DNA from: an archaeon
GTDB lineage: Archaea > Nanobdellota > Nanobdellia > Pacearchaeales > GW2011-AR1
Assembly (NCBI GenBank): GCA_009992215.1
Contig: JAACWB010000004.1
Coordinates: 8,006-72,005 of the forward strand
Length of the DNA: 64,000 nucleotides
Direction: 5' to 3'
Shown here: positions 48,151 through 57,126 of the stretch, one piece after another
Numbering within the stretch: position 1 is the stretch's first letter
Layout of the letters: every line of letters starts with the position of its first letter
The notes under the pieces: model-generated
The model's database searches: none
Told to the model about the DNA's origin: nothing
What the model saw: the letters and a program-made list of their open reading frames with translations, nothing else
Position numbers and translations under genes: made by a program

Positions 48151-48212
48151 CAGGAATCGAACCTGCGCCATCTCGGTGTAAACGAGAGGGTCTACCATTA
48201 GCCTACGAGACC
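48142..48212 (-). tRNA. tRNA-Val(TAC)
   Basis: GGTCTCG/CGGGACC+A; anticodon arm TCTCG-TTTACAC-CGAGA; T-arm GCAGG-TTCGATT-CCTGC. Confidence 0.95.
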
Positions 48213-48374
48213 GTACAAATAATTTATGTCATTGTAGTTTTAAAAAGGTTTTCATGATTATAAGTTTGTTTTGACTCATTAGTAATGAATAGTTTTATAA
48301 ACGACTTTTGTTATCAACAAAAGTAATAGAAGTTTCAATCGTGTATTGTTTCTAAAAAATATTATCAAATTAAA

Positions 48375-49610
48375 ATGGACAAATTTAGAAAACTAGGCTT
48401 AAGCGAGAAAGTGTTAAAGACACTTGAAGGCATGAAAATTGATACTCCCTCGGAAATCCAAGAAAAAACAATTCCTTTAGCACTTAAGGGAAAAGATATA
48501 ATTGGAGCTTCAAAAACTGGGAGCGGTAAAACTTTAGCTTTTGCTTCAGCAATTATTGAAAAGATTGCTCCAGAAAAAAAAGTTAAGGCGATTGTACTTA
48601 CACCAACAAGAGAACTTGCAGTTCAAGTTGCTGATTCAATAAAACAATTTTCTAAAGGAAATTTGAAAGTAGTTTCAGTTTATGGTGGAGTGAATATTGA
48701 AAGTCAAACTAGAAATATGCGTGGAACTGACGTTCTCGTTGGAACTCCTGGAAGAATTTTGGATCATTTAAACAGAGGAAGTTTGAGTTTAAGAAAAGTT
48801 GAAATTTTAGTTTTGGATGAGTTTGATAGAATGCTTGATATGGGTTTTTCAAGAGATGTTGGAAAAATTATTGATGAATGCCCAAAAGAAAGACAAACTA
48901 TGCTGTTTTCAGCGACGATTTCTTCAGATATTGATTACTTGGCAAAAAAATATACAAACAAGCCAGTTGAAGTTTCGGTTGAATCGCATGTTGATCATAC
49001 AAAATTAAAACAAGTTTATTATGATGTTCCAGATCAATTAAAATTTTCTTTACTTGTTCACTTATTGAAAAAGGAAAAGTCACATTTGGTTATGGTTTTT
49101 TGCGCGACTAGAAAAAATGCTGATTTTGTTACAAAGAATTTGAATAATATTGGAATCACTGCAAAGGCTATTCACGGCGGGCTTGAACAAAATAAGAGAA
49201 TTAGAGTTTTGAATGAATTTAATGATAATAAAAAATTAAATATTTTAGTTTGTACTGATGTAGCTGCAAGAGGACTTGACATAAAGGGAATTACTCACGT
49301 TTACAATTATGACATTCCTTCAATTTCTAGTGATTATATTCATAGAATTGGTAGGACTGCTCGTGCTGGAAAGGAAGGAATTGCAATAAATATTTTAGCT
49401 TCAAGAGATTATGAAAATTTTTCAAATATTTTAAATCGTGAAAATGTTGACATTAAGGAAGAAGAATTACCTTATCTAAATAAAATTAATATTGTTCGAG
49501 ACAACGACAGAAGTTCGAGGGATGGGGGTTCAAGAGATAGAAATTCAAGAGGAAGAGATAATTCACGCTCAGGAAGAAATTTTTCAAGAGATAGAAGAGG
49601 CCGAAGATAA
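48375..49610 (+). CDS. DEAD-box RNA helicase
   Basis: KTGSGKT, PTRELA, DEFD, SAT and HRIGRTAR; R/G/D-rich tail. Confidence 0.95.
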   Translation: MDKFRKLGLSEKVLKTLEGMKIDTPSEIQEKTIPLALKGKDIIGASKTGSGKTLAFASAIIEKIAPEKKVKAIVLTPTRELAVQVADSIKQFSKGNLKVVSVYGGVNIESQTRNMRGTDVLVGTPGRILDHLNRGSLSLRKVEILVLDEFDRMLDMGFSRDVGKIIDECPKERQTMLFSATISSDIDYLAKKYTNKPVEVSVESHVDHTKLKQVYYDVPDQLKFSLLVHLLKKEKSHLVMVFCATRKNADFVTKNLNNIGITAKAIHGGLEQNKRIRVLNEFNDNKKLNILVCTDVAARGLDIKGITHVYNYDIPSISSDYIHRIGRTARAGKEGIAINILASRDYENFSNILNRENVDIKEEELPYLNKINIVRDNDRSSRDGGSRDRNSRGRDNSRSGRNFSRDRRGRR

Positions 49611-49711
49611 GAGGACACTAAAGAGGTCACTCTGGGTCGAAAAGGCGATAATTAGTCATTCGCATTGTGCGTATGAGAAAACAAAACTTTGGTTTTGTTT
49701 AAAGAGGTGAT

Positions 49712-50284
49712 TTATTTTTTTGGGAGGAAATAATCAAAACCTAACTCATTTGCATATTTTGTTAAATAATTCAAAAAAGGCATTTCTTTTTTTTCTTTGA
49801 CATAATCCATAATTTCTTTATTTTCTGTTGGAATAATTAATTTATTTTCTATTGCCCAAATTCCTTTTTCTCCAATTAATTTATTTTTATTAATATCATA
49901 AACTATCGATTGAATGTTTAATGGAGTTGTTGAAAGAAAAGTTTGAAGAGTTGGTTCTAAGTTAAATTTTTTTACAGAATAGATATTGTTTAATGGAACA
50001 AAATCAATATCATAATTTGGTCCAATTAATTTTGGGCTTCCCATACGACTTTTACTAACAATCCAATCTTTTGGTAAATCAAAACTTTCATTTGGATTTT
50101 CAACAATGAAATCTAAATCTATTTTTGGTTTTTCTTTTCCGTATAATCCTGCAACAATATTACGATAAATAAATCCCCCAATTAACCAAATATTCCCTTG
50201 TGAATTCTTTTTGACAATTTCTTTTGCTTCTTCAAACTCAGGGTATTTGTTTGCTTCTTTTAGAAATATATCTAGATAGTTCAT
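49712..50284 (-). CDS. Class II nucleotidyltransferase-like protein (poly(A) polymerase/CCA head domain only)
   Basis: WLIGG..YR...DLDF, DFV and degenerate LNIQSIVYD. Confidence 0.6.
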   Translation of the reverse strand: MNYLDIFLKEANKYPEFEEAKEIVKKNSQGNIWLIGGFIYRNIVAGLYGKEKPKIDLDFIVENPNESFDLPKDWIVSKSRMGSPKLIGPNYDIDFVPLNNIYSVKKFNLEPTLQTFLSTTPLNIQSIVYDINKNKLIGEKGIWAIENKLIIPTENKEIMDYVKEKKEMPFLNYLTKYANELGFDYFLPKK

Positions 50285-50364
50285 GTAAGAAAAATAAAAG
50301 CCTAGTTTAAATTGATTATTGTAATTTGGATTGCATAAGCGTATGTCTCAGAATATTAGGGATT

Positions 50365-51108
50365 TTATCTTAATTGAAATTTAAAATCATTTTTACTCCA
50401 AAACCATAAGGGAGAATGCATATCTATTGGATTTATTTCTGTTCCATTTAATATTGCTCTCCATCTTTCAGAAAGTTTTTCTTTCGTTAAATTTTCTTTT
50501 TCATTTTCATTTATCACCCCAAGAATAACAGAACATTTTGTGATGTGAGTATCTGGAGCTATTTCTATAAATTCTGAATTTTTTAATTTAATACCTCCAT
50601 ATTTTTGAAGAATAAAAGACCAATAATTGAATATCTTTGGACCAGATAAATAAGGAAATCCCTTTTTGAACTTAATTTGAATAGTTTCTTTTAATTTCAA
50701 GAAATCATAATCTACAAATTCTAATAAATTACTAATACTCCCCCAATTATCATTTATTGTTTTGGAAATTTTAGACCAAGTGTTAATATGTTTATTTGGT
50801 TGTAATGCTATTTTATATTTGGTTAATAAATTTCTTAATTCATTTTCAGATAAATTAGAAGAATTATTTATATCAAAAACTTTTCGAGTTTGTTTATCAC
50901 TAAATGTTTTAAGGCAAGATTCCCATAAACTATAACTATCTCTTTGATAATTAAGACTCATTGGAAGTGTGAAATAAACTAATTTTGTTTCTTCATCTTT
51001 AAACCACGGATGAGAGTCTTCTGGCATTGTTGTTTGACCAATCTCCCCAGATTTAAATGCTTTAATTAGTAATCTGCAATTTTGAATTATTTTTTCTTTA
51101 TCTTCCAC
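50365..51108 (-). CDS. Conserved hypothetical protein with an HhH-GPD/endonuclease III-like fold
   Basis: FPYLSGPKI and APDTH motifs; GTG start. Confidence 0.6.
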   Translation of the reverse strand: MEDKEKIIQNCRLLIKAFKSGEIGQTTMPEDSHPWFKDEETKLVYFTLPMSLNYQRDSYSLWESCLKTFSDKQTRKVFDINNSSNLSENELRNLLTKYKIALQPNKHINTWSKISKTINDNWGSISNLLEFVDYDFLKLKETIQIKFKKGFPYLSGPKIFNYWSFILQKYGGIKLKNSEFIEIAPDTHITKCSVILGVINENEKENLTKEKLSERWRAILNGTEINPIDMHSPLWFWSKNDFKFQLR

Positions 51109-51151
51109 AATTATTTTTATTAATAATTATACTTAAATTTATTGTAATACA

Positions 51152-51343
51152 TGCGCCAGACCGTGTAGCTCTCAACCTTGAAATGTTCTTTAAACTCATT
51201 TTATTCGTTTATTAGAAATTTCAAAGTTGTTCGTCGAACCCCCGGGTTCTCACCCCGAAAGAACTATGCGCCGACCGGGGCTCGGTTGGTGGCAAAACCA
51301 CACAACAAGCCAAAACATCGCGAATGTTTTGACTTAACCCGGG
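51152..51343 (-). repeat. Two copies of the tRNA-Gly 3' end, each interrupted in the T-arm
   Basis: Copy 1 (51267-51343): CCCGGGTT[51-nt insert]CGAGCCCCGGTCGGCGCA. Copy 2 (51152-51246): GGTTCGA[element]CGGTCTGGCGCA. Confidence 0.85.
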
Positions 51344-51433
51344 CTTCATGCTTCTTGCATGAAATCTATTTTGAATTTGACGGGTGAGAGCACCGAAGAA
51401 AAAATTATATTTTATTTCATAAAATATAATATA

Positions 51434-51504
51434 TGCGCCGACCGGGGCTCGAACCCGGGTCACAACCTTGGCAAGGTCGCATTCTACCACTGAACTATCA
51501 GCGC
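51434..51504 (-). tRNA. tRNA-Gly(GCC)
   Basis: GCGCTGA/TCGGCGC+A; anticodon arm CGACC-TTGCCAA-GGTTG. Confidence 0.97.
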
Positions 51505-51537
51505 GTAACATTTTGAGATATTCTGTCTTTATAAAAA

Positions 51538-52110
51538 TTATTCTTTAAATTTATTCCAAAAGTTATACAGTTCTTCATAATTAGAAAATTTGGCCAAGGG
51601 TTCAATCTTTACTGGCGTTAAAAAAGCTACTTCATTGTATGGTTTTTCTTTTATGGATTTATTACAATAGTCCATTTCATAAAAAAGTTCAGCATCTTGT
51701 TTACTATGTGTTGGATAAACCTCTTCAGGGGATAATTTTTGAAAATATTTTTGAAAGTCTTTTTCAAATTGTATTCCTTTTGGATATTTTTCTAACATTT
51801 CTTCTATAGAATTGAAAACAAATTGTTCGTGGTTCGGTAGCCAAACTCCTGAACGCATAAAACTCCAAGAATCTGTTGGAATTGCATAAATTGGTTTTTC
51901 TTTTGTTTGAAAAACAATTCCTTTGGAATGATATCCTTTCTCGTAACCTTCACAAAAATAACTGCAAAAAGTTAAAGACTTATTTTCAAAAGAAGGAATT
52001 TGTTTTTTAATTGGTAGATCGCCAACTTTTCCAATAACCTTTGTAGAAAATAATTTATTTACTTCTTCTTCACTTAATTCTGTGTGAACAAAAAAACCTT
52101 TCTTTAACAT
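51538..52110 (-). CDS. Hypothetical protein (possible ADP-ribosyltransferase-like fold)
   Basis: Spaced FVHT / FCSY / YNEV motifs. Confidence 0.55.
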   Translation of the reverse strand: MLKKGFFVHTELSEEEVNKLFSTKVIGKVGDLPIKKQIPSFENKSLTFCSYFCEGYEKGYHSKGIVFQTKEKPIYAIPTDSWSFMRSGVWLPNHEQFVFNSIEEMLEKYPKGIQFEKDFQKYFQKLSPEEVYPTHSKQDAELFYEMDYCNKSIKEKPYNEVAFLTPVKIEPLAKFSNYEELYNFWNKFKE

Positions 52111-52170
52111 AAATTTAATTTGTTGAGATATTATTTTAAACCTTCTTTTCCAAAAAATAGTAGGTGAAAA

Positions 52171-53025
52171 ATGATTTGGCCTTTTTTTGGATCGCTAGCG
52201 TTGGCAGGAGGAACAATAGTTGAGAGACTGGTTTTAATGAAACGAAAAGTCTCTGTTAAACTTTATCAATTTGGGCAATTCCTTTCACTTGTTATGGTGA
52301 TGATTCCATTTTTGCCTTTCTTTTGGTCAATTTCTCCTGATTTTTATTCAACAAAAAATATTCTAATTTTATTTTTAGTTATTCTTTTGTCAGTTGCGGC
52401 AAACCTTTTTACTTTCTTTTCCATGAAGTGGGAGAAACTAGGAAAACTTGAATCTGCCAAAATTACTGAACCTTTGTTTACAATTCTTTTGGCTTTTGTT
52501 TTTAGTTTTATTTTTGGAGAAGGGCTTTATGACAGGAATAGTCAAATTTTAATTCCGGCTTTAATTTCTGCAGGAGCACTGATTTTTGCTCACATGAAAA
52601 GGCACCACTTGACATTTAATAAATATTTTATTGCTGCTTTGATTGGTAGCTTTTTATTTGCAAGTGAGTTAATTGTTTCAAGGCTAATTTTGAATTATTT
52701 TAATCCGATAACATTTTATTTTATTAGATGTGCAGGAGTTTTGATTTTTAGTTTCATATTTTTTAGACCAAAGTTTAACAACGGCATTGACACAAGAACA
52801 ACACTTGAAATTCTTGGAACTGGAGTTATTTGGTTTGTTTATAGAATAATAGTTTATTTCGGATATACAAGTTTTGGAGTAATTGAAACAACACTTGCAA
52901 TAATGCTTGGACCAGTTTTAGTTTATTTCTTCGCTTGGAAATTCTTAAAAGAAAAACTTAATTGGAAACAACTTGTTTCAGCTGGAATAATTATAGGTTG
53001 TGTTTTATATGTTATTGTGTTTTAA
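52171..53025 (+). CDS. DMT/EamA-family transporter
   Basis: About ten TM helices with repeated EamA ends (FLKEKL); SD GGTG. Confidence 0.85.
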   Translation: MIWPFFGSLALAGGTIVERLVLMKRKVSVKLYQFGQFLSLVMVMIPFLPFFWSISPDFYSTKNILILFLVILLSVAANLFTFFSMKWEKLGKLESAKITEPLFTILLAFVFSFIFGEGLYDRNSQILIPALISAGALIFAHMKRHHLTFNKYFIAALIGSFLFASELIVSRLILNYFNPITFYFIRCAGVLIFSFIFFRPKFNNGIDTRTTLEILGTGVIWFVYRIIVYFGYTSFGVIETTLAIMLGPVLVYFFAWKFLKEKLNWKQLVSAGIIIGCVLYVIVF

Positions 53026-53061
53026 CAAAACAACTAAAAACAAAATCTTCTTTTCTTTTTT

Positions 53062-53796
53062 ATGATATATGACACACATGCTCACTTGGATTTTGTCTCG
53101 GAAGATAAATTAGAAGAAATAGAAAATAATTATAAAATTGGAGTAGTTGTTTCTAATTCAGTTAATATTTTCTCAAACAAAAAGAACTTGGAGATTTCAA
53201 AAAAGTATTCTAAAATTAAATTTGCTGCGGGGCTTTATCCGGAAGAAACTTTGAAAAAAGAAGATTACGAAGAATTAGAAAAATTTGTAAAAGAAAATAA
53301 GAAAGATGTTTTTTCAATTGGTGAAATTGGGATGGATTTTTCAAGAGAACTTCCAGAAAAAGAAATTCAAGAATATGTTTTTGAAAAGCAATTAGAACTT
53401 GCAGAAAAATTGAACCTTTGTGTTTCTATTCATACAAGGAAAGCTGAAAGAGAGATTATTGAAATTTTAAGGGAATTTCCTAAAGTTAAGAGAATTCTTC
53501 ATTGTTTTAGCGGGAATTTTAAATTAGTAAAAGAAGCACTTCAAATTGGTTGTTATTTTTCTATTCCGACAAATATTGTTCGCTCAGAACATTTCCAAAA
53601 AATGGTTCGTGAAATTCCGCGGGAGAAAATTCTTACTGAAACTGATACACCTTATTTGTCTCCATTCAAGGAAACTGAAAACGAACCTGCAAATATTGTT
53701 GAAGCAATTAAAGTAATTTCTAGAATTTGGGAAGTTTCAAAAGAAGAAGCTGAAAAACAAATTGAAGATAATTTTAAGAAATTGTTTTTGAATTAA
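53062..53796 (+). CDS. tatD: TatD-family nuclease
   Basis: DTHAHL, IGEIGMD, IHTR, LHCFSG and LTETD.PY. Confidence 0.92.
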   Translation: MIYDTHAHLDFVSEDKLEEIENNYKIGVVVSNSVNIFSNKKNLEISKKYSKIKFAAGLYPEETLKKEDYEELEKFVKENKKDVFSIGEIGMDFSRELPEKEIQEYVFEKQLELAEKLNLCVSIHTRKAEREIIEILREFPKVKRILHCFSGNFKLVKEALQIGCYFSIPTNIVRSEHFQKMVREIPREKILTETDTPYLSPFKETENEPANIVEAIKVISRIWEVSKEEAEKQIEDNFKKLFLN

Positions 53797-53844
53797 CTAA
53801 TCAGGTACATAAAAACTTATAAATTCTGAAATACAAAACTCACT

Positions 53845-54117
53845 ATGGCTGGTTCAATTACTGGAAGTACAGAAAGTTATTTAGAGAGATTAACTAAAGG
53901 ATTAAATGATAAATCTATTTCCGATTTGAAAAAAGGACTTAAGGAACTAGCAAAAAACCCTAAAGTGCACGGTGAATTTAATGAAGTCCCTTTGGATATT
54001 TCTACAACAGATGAATGGGAATTATACAATGCCTATAAAAAAGTTTGCTTGAAAAAAGATTATACTTTCTTCCAACCCTTGATCCAAGAATTAAAGGAAA
54101 AATATTGGAAAAAATAA
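53845..54117 (+). CDS. Hypothetical protein
   Basis: 90-aa ORF with an upstream TATA box. Confidence 0.55.
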   Translation: MAGSITGSTESYLERLTKGLNDKSISDLKKGLKELAKNPKVHGEFNEVPLDISTTDEWELYNAYKKVCLKKDYTFFQPLIQELKEKYWKK

Positions 54118-54216
54118 TTTTTCAAATTCTATTCTATTGATTTTTTAGTTTTGTAACCATTTCCTAATAACAACATTACAGAAAGTTTTATAAACTTCTT
54201 TTGTTACTTTTGAGTA

Positions 54217-54957
54217 ATGGCAAAAGTAAAATATTTGGCAACTGGAGTTTTGGCGCTAGGTTTAGCTTCAAACTTGAATGCACAAGATTCTAAGACAAAT
54301 GGGACAATTATGTATGATTTAGACAAAAATTCTAACGAAGTTGTCTTGAAAAAAAATAAATTAGAAAAGAATTTTTCAAATACAAAATTAAGATTAAATG
54401 CTGGGGCTGGAATATATTTAACGAAGCCTGAAACTTATTTTGTAGAATTAAACCCTCAAATTAATATTGGAAAAGATTTTTGGACTGGAATTTATGCAAA
54501 GGCAGTTACAAAAGCAAATGATTTTAGTGAAGATGTTGAAATTGATAGAACACAAATTATGTCTGATTGGTACTCTGAAACTGAAAGACACACTTCTCAA
54601 TTATTCAAAACTAATAATCCAATTGAAGCGGGAGTAAATCTTTCAAAAGGTTTGGGAAGATTTTTTGAAGTTGGTTTATCTACTGGAATTAGATATCAAA
54701 AAGAATCATTAACAAAACAAATTTCTGGATTTGACAGAACAATTAATGATGGTGTTTTAATCGAAGAAAAACCATTTTATTTGCCTTCAACAAAAACTAA
54801 TTCGGATTCATTTAGTCCAATTATTTCAACTGAATTAAAATTTTATCCTCAAAAAAATATTTTTTTGTCGGGTGAAGCAAGTTACAATTTAAGAGATAAG
54901 CGTTCAGAAATTAAAGCTAAAATCGGAATTACACTTGGAGGTAAAAAGAGAAAATGA
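54217..54957 (+). CDS. Secreted protein resembling an outer-membrane beta-barrel
   Basis: Signal peptide ending LNA|QD; alternating amphipathic strands; final strand KAKIGITL. Confidence 0.55.
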   Translation: MAKVKYLATGVLALGLASNLNAQDSKTNGTIMYDLDKNSNEVVLKKNKLEKNFSNTKLRLNAGAGIYLTKPETYFVELNPQINIGKDFWTGIYAKAVTKANDFSEDVEIDRTQIMSDWYSETERHTSQLFKTNNPIEAGVNLSKGLGRFFEVGLSTGIRYQKESLTKQISGFDRTINDGVLIEEKPFYLPSTKTNSDSFSPIISTELKFYPQKNIFLSGEASYNLRDKRSEIKAKIGITLGGKKRK

Positions 54958-56681
54958 AATCAGTTTCAAAGATGTTCTTATTTGGATTTTTGTTTTTATT
55001 TTTAGTTAGTTTTACTTGTGCGGGAGACACAGTTAACACATTTTTACATTATGAAGATTTTTCAACTCAAAGTTCACTTACAGTTACACAAGGAGAAAGT
55101 GTTGATATATTATCTGTTGCATATTCTCACGACGGGCAATTTGCTAGTGAAAAGTTAGAATTAGTGAATGTTAAAACTTTGTTTTCTGAAACAAAATCTG
55201 GAACTTATGTTACAACTAATACTTATACCTATAACAAAAAATATGTTTTGTCGACTACAAACCTTAATTCAGAAAATTATCAAATAAGATTAACTGTAAC
55301 AAACTTGAAAGGAGAAAAAGAATCTTCTTATTTAACTTTGAAGGTTTTAGAAAAAATTGATACAGTGCCAGTTGTTGAAATTATTTCGCCAACAAATGCA
55401 CAAGTTATAGAACAAACTCCTTTTACTGGAAGTTTTAGTGTTACTGATGACAATTTGAATGTTTGTACTTACAAATTAAATAGTGATTCAGTTAAACCAA
55501 TTCCTTGCAGTGTTGGATTAAATTATATTAATTTAAATTTAGTTGAAGGAATAAATAATTTAGTAATTTATGCGTATGATTACGATGGTAACGTTGGAGA
55601 AGACAGCGTTAACTTTGTTTATCAAAAACCTATTACTCAAACTCCAATTGTTGAAATTGTTTCACCACAAAATGGAAGTTATAATCACACATTTGATGAA
55701 TTTAGTTTCAATGTGAATGATGACAACTTAGGAATTTGTTATTATAGATTAAATGGTGGAAGTATAAAAATTGTTCCGTGCTCAGTTGGAATTACAAATG
55801 TTGTTAGTGATGTTAACTTTGTTTGGGGAGAAAATACATTAACTGTTTATGCAAAAGATTTAGACGAAAACATCGGCGAAGACACAATTAATTTTTATTC
55901 AGATAATAATTATGAAAGTGATTCACCAATTGTAAATATTATTTATCCTTTGAATGGTTCGACATATAGTAATATCTCTGGATTCACTTTCACAGTTTAC
56001 GACGAAAATTTAGATTCTTGCTCTTATGAAATTAATGGAGTTTCAACTTCAATTTCTAATTGCCAAAATGGATTAAATACAATTTCAGAATCAATTACTG
56101 TTGATGGAAATTATGAATTAATTGTTCATGCAGTTGATCAATTTGGTAACATTGGAGAAGACAGCGTAGAGTTTATTATTAACTCAAGTTATGTTGTTGA
56201 TTTACCTCCAATTATTACAGTTATTACTCCAAAAAATAATGGGAAATACCATAATGAAATAACATTTGAAGTTAGCGTTAATGAAAATTCAACTGTTGTT
56301 TATAGTTTAGATGGAAATTCAAATGTTACAATGAATGAAAGTGGAAGTCTTCACTTTTTTTCAGATGAATTAGACTTGGACTTGGGAGACCACGACGTTA
56401 CTTTTTGTGCAACTGATTTTGGTGGCAACACTGCTTGTAAAACTGTTTCATTTGAAATTGTAAAAAAGAAAAAACCTTGCTCAAGCACAACAAAAGTTTT
56501 AGATGATGAAATTGAAGATTATCAAAATGTTGATAACAGACCGATTTATTTAGGAGAAGATGAAGTAGTAAGAATTGAAATTAGTTTTGGTGAAAAAATC
56601 TTTTATGGTTTTGTTACAATCTTAGTTTTATTAATTGGAATTGTGATGTTATTATATGCTGTTGAAATTAAAAGAAGGTAA
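54954..56681 (+). CDS. Cell-surface protein with tandem Ig-like repeats and a C-terminal TM anchor
   Basis: About four repeats of P.VEI.SP.N...F.V.D.NL..C.Y.LN...G.N.L.VYA.D..GN.GED. Confidence 0.8.
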   Translation: MKSVSKMFLFGFLFLFLVSFTCAGDTVNTFLHYEDFSTQSSLTVTQGESVDILSVAYSHDGQFASEKLELVNVKTLFSETKSGTYVTTNTYTYNKKYVLSTTNLNSENYQIRLTVTNLKGEKESSYLTLKVLEKIDTVPVVEIISPTNAQVIEQTPFTGSFSVTDDNLNVCTYKLNSDSVKPIPCSVGLNYINLNLVEGINNLVIYAYDYDGNVGEDSVNFVYQKPITQTPIVEIVSPQNGSYNHTFDEFSFNVNDDNLGICYYRLNGGSIKIVPCSVGITNVVSDVNFVWGENTLTVYAKDLDENIGEDTINFYSDNNYESDSPIVNIIYPLNGSTYSNISGFTFTVYDENLDSCSYEINGVSTSISNCQNGLNTISESITVDGNYELIVHAVDQFGNIGEDSVEFIINSSYVVDLPPIITVITPKNNGKYHNEITFEVSVNENSTVVYSLDGNSNVTMNESGSLHFFSDELDLDLGDHDVTFCATDFGGNTACKTVSFEIVKKKKPCSSTTKVLDDEIEDYQNVDNRPIYLGEDEVVRIEISFGEKIFYGFVTILVLLIGIVMLLYAVEIKRR

Positions 56682-56685
56682 TAAA

Positions 56686-57126
56686 ATGAAAACAATTGCA
56701 ATTGGGTTAGCTAAAGGAGAACTTTTGGAACCTTATGACAAATATTTTAATTTAGACAAAGTCAAAAAATTTCATGAATATATTAATTCAAATGACGTTA
56801 AAAGATTTATATCAAATCTTGATTCATCAAAATATATTTGTGATAATTATCAAAATTTAGACAAACTAAGAATTATTGGTTCTTATGCTGACGCATGTAT
56901 TGCATATACAACTGGAATTGCACTAAGATTAGGAATAGATGTTATTTGCCCAGAAGATTTGATTTTTTATTGTGATTCTAAAGAAACAATTGAAGAAAGT
57001 GTGAAAAAATGGGGAAGTTCAACATATGGAAATTTAGTTGATTTAGTGAATAAAAAAATTTTAAAGAGTAAATTAGAATTTGATTATACTTTTGAAAATG
57101 GAATCCATAAATTTATTTCAAAATAA
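56686..57126 (+). CDS. Hypothetical protein (possible isochorismatase-like remnant)
   Basis: IIGSYADACIAYT motif. Confidence 0.5.
   Translation: MKTIAIGLAKGELLEPYDKYFNLDKVKKFHEYINSNDVKRFISNLDSSKYICDNYQNLDKLRIIGSYADACIAYTTGIALRLGIDVICPEDLIFYCDSKETIEESVKKWGSSTYGNLVDLVNKKILKSKLEFDYTFENGIHKFISK

Noticed and set aside
47872-51343. CRISPR array interpretation of the repeats near the tRNAs
   Set aside because: The repeats are tRNA 3'-end copies, few and irregular; the inserts are related hairpins rather than unique spacers; no cas genes are in the window
51178-51511. ORFs 51178-51387 (+) and 51221-51511 (-), and likewise 47850-48074 (+)
   Set aside because: They overlap tRNA genes or tRNA-derived repeats and show no protein-like features
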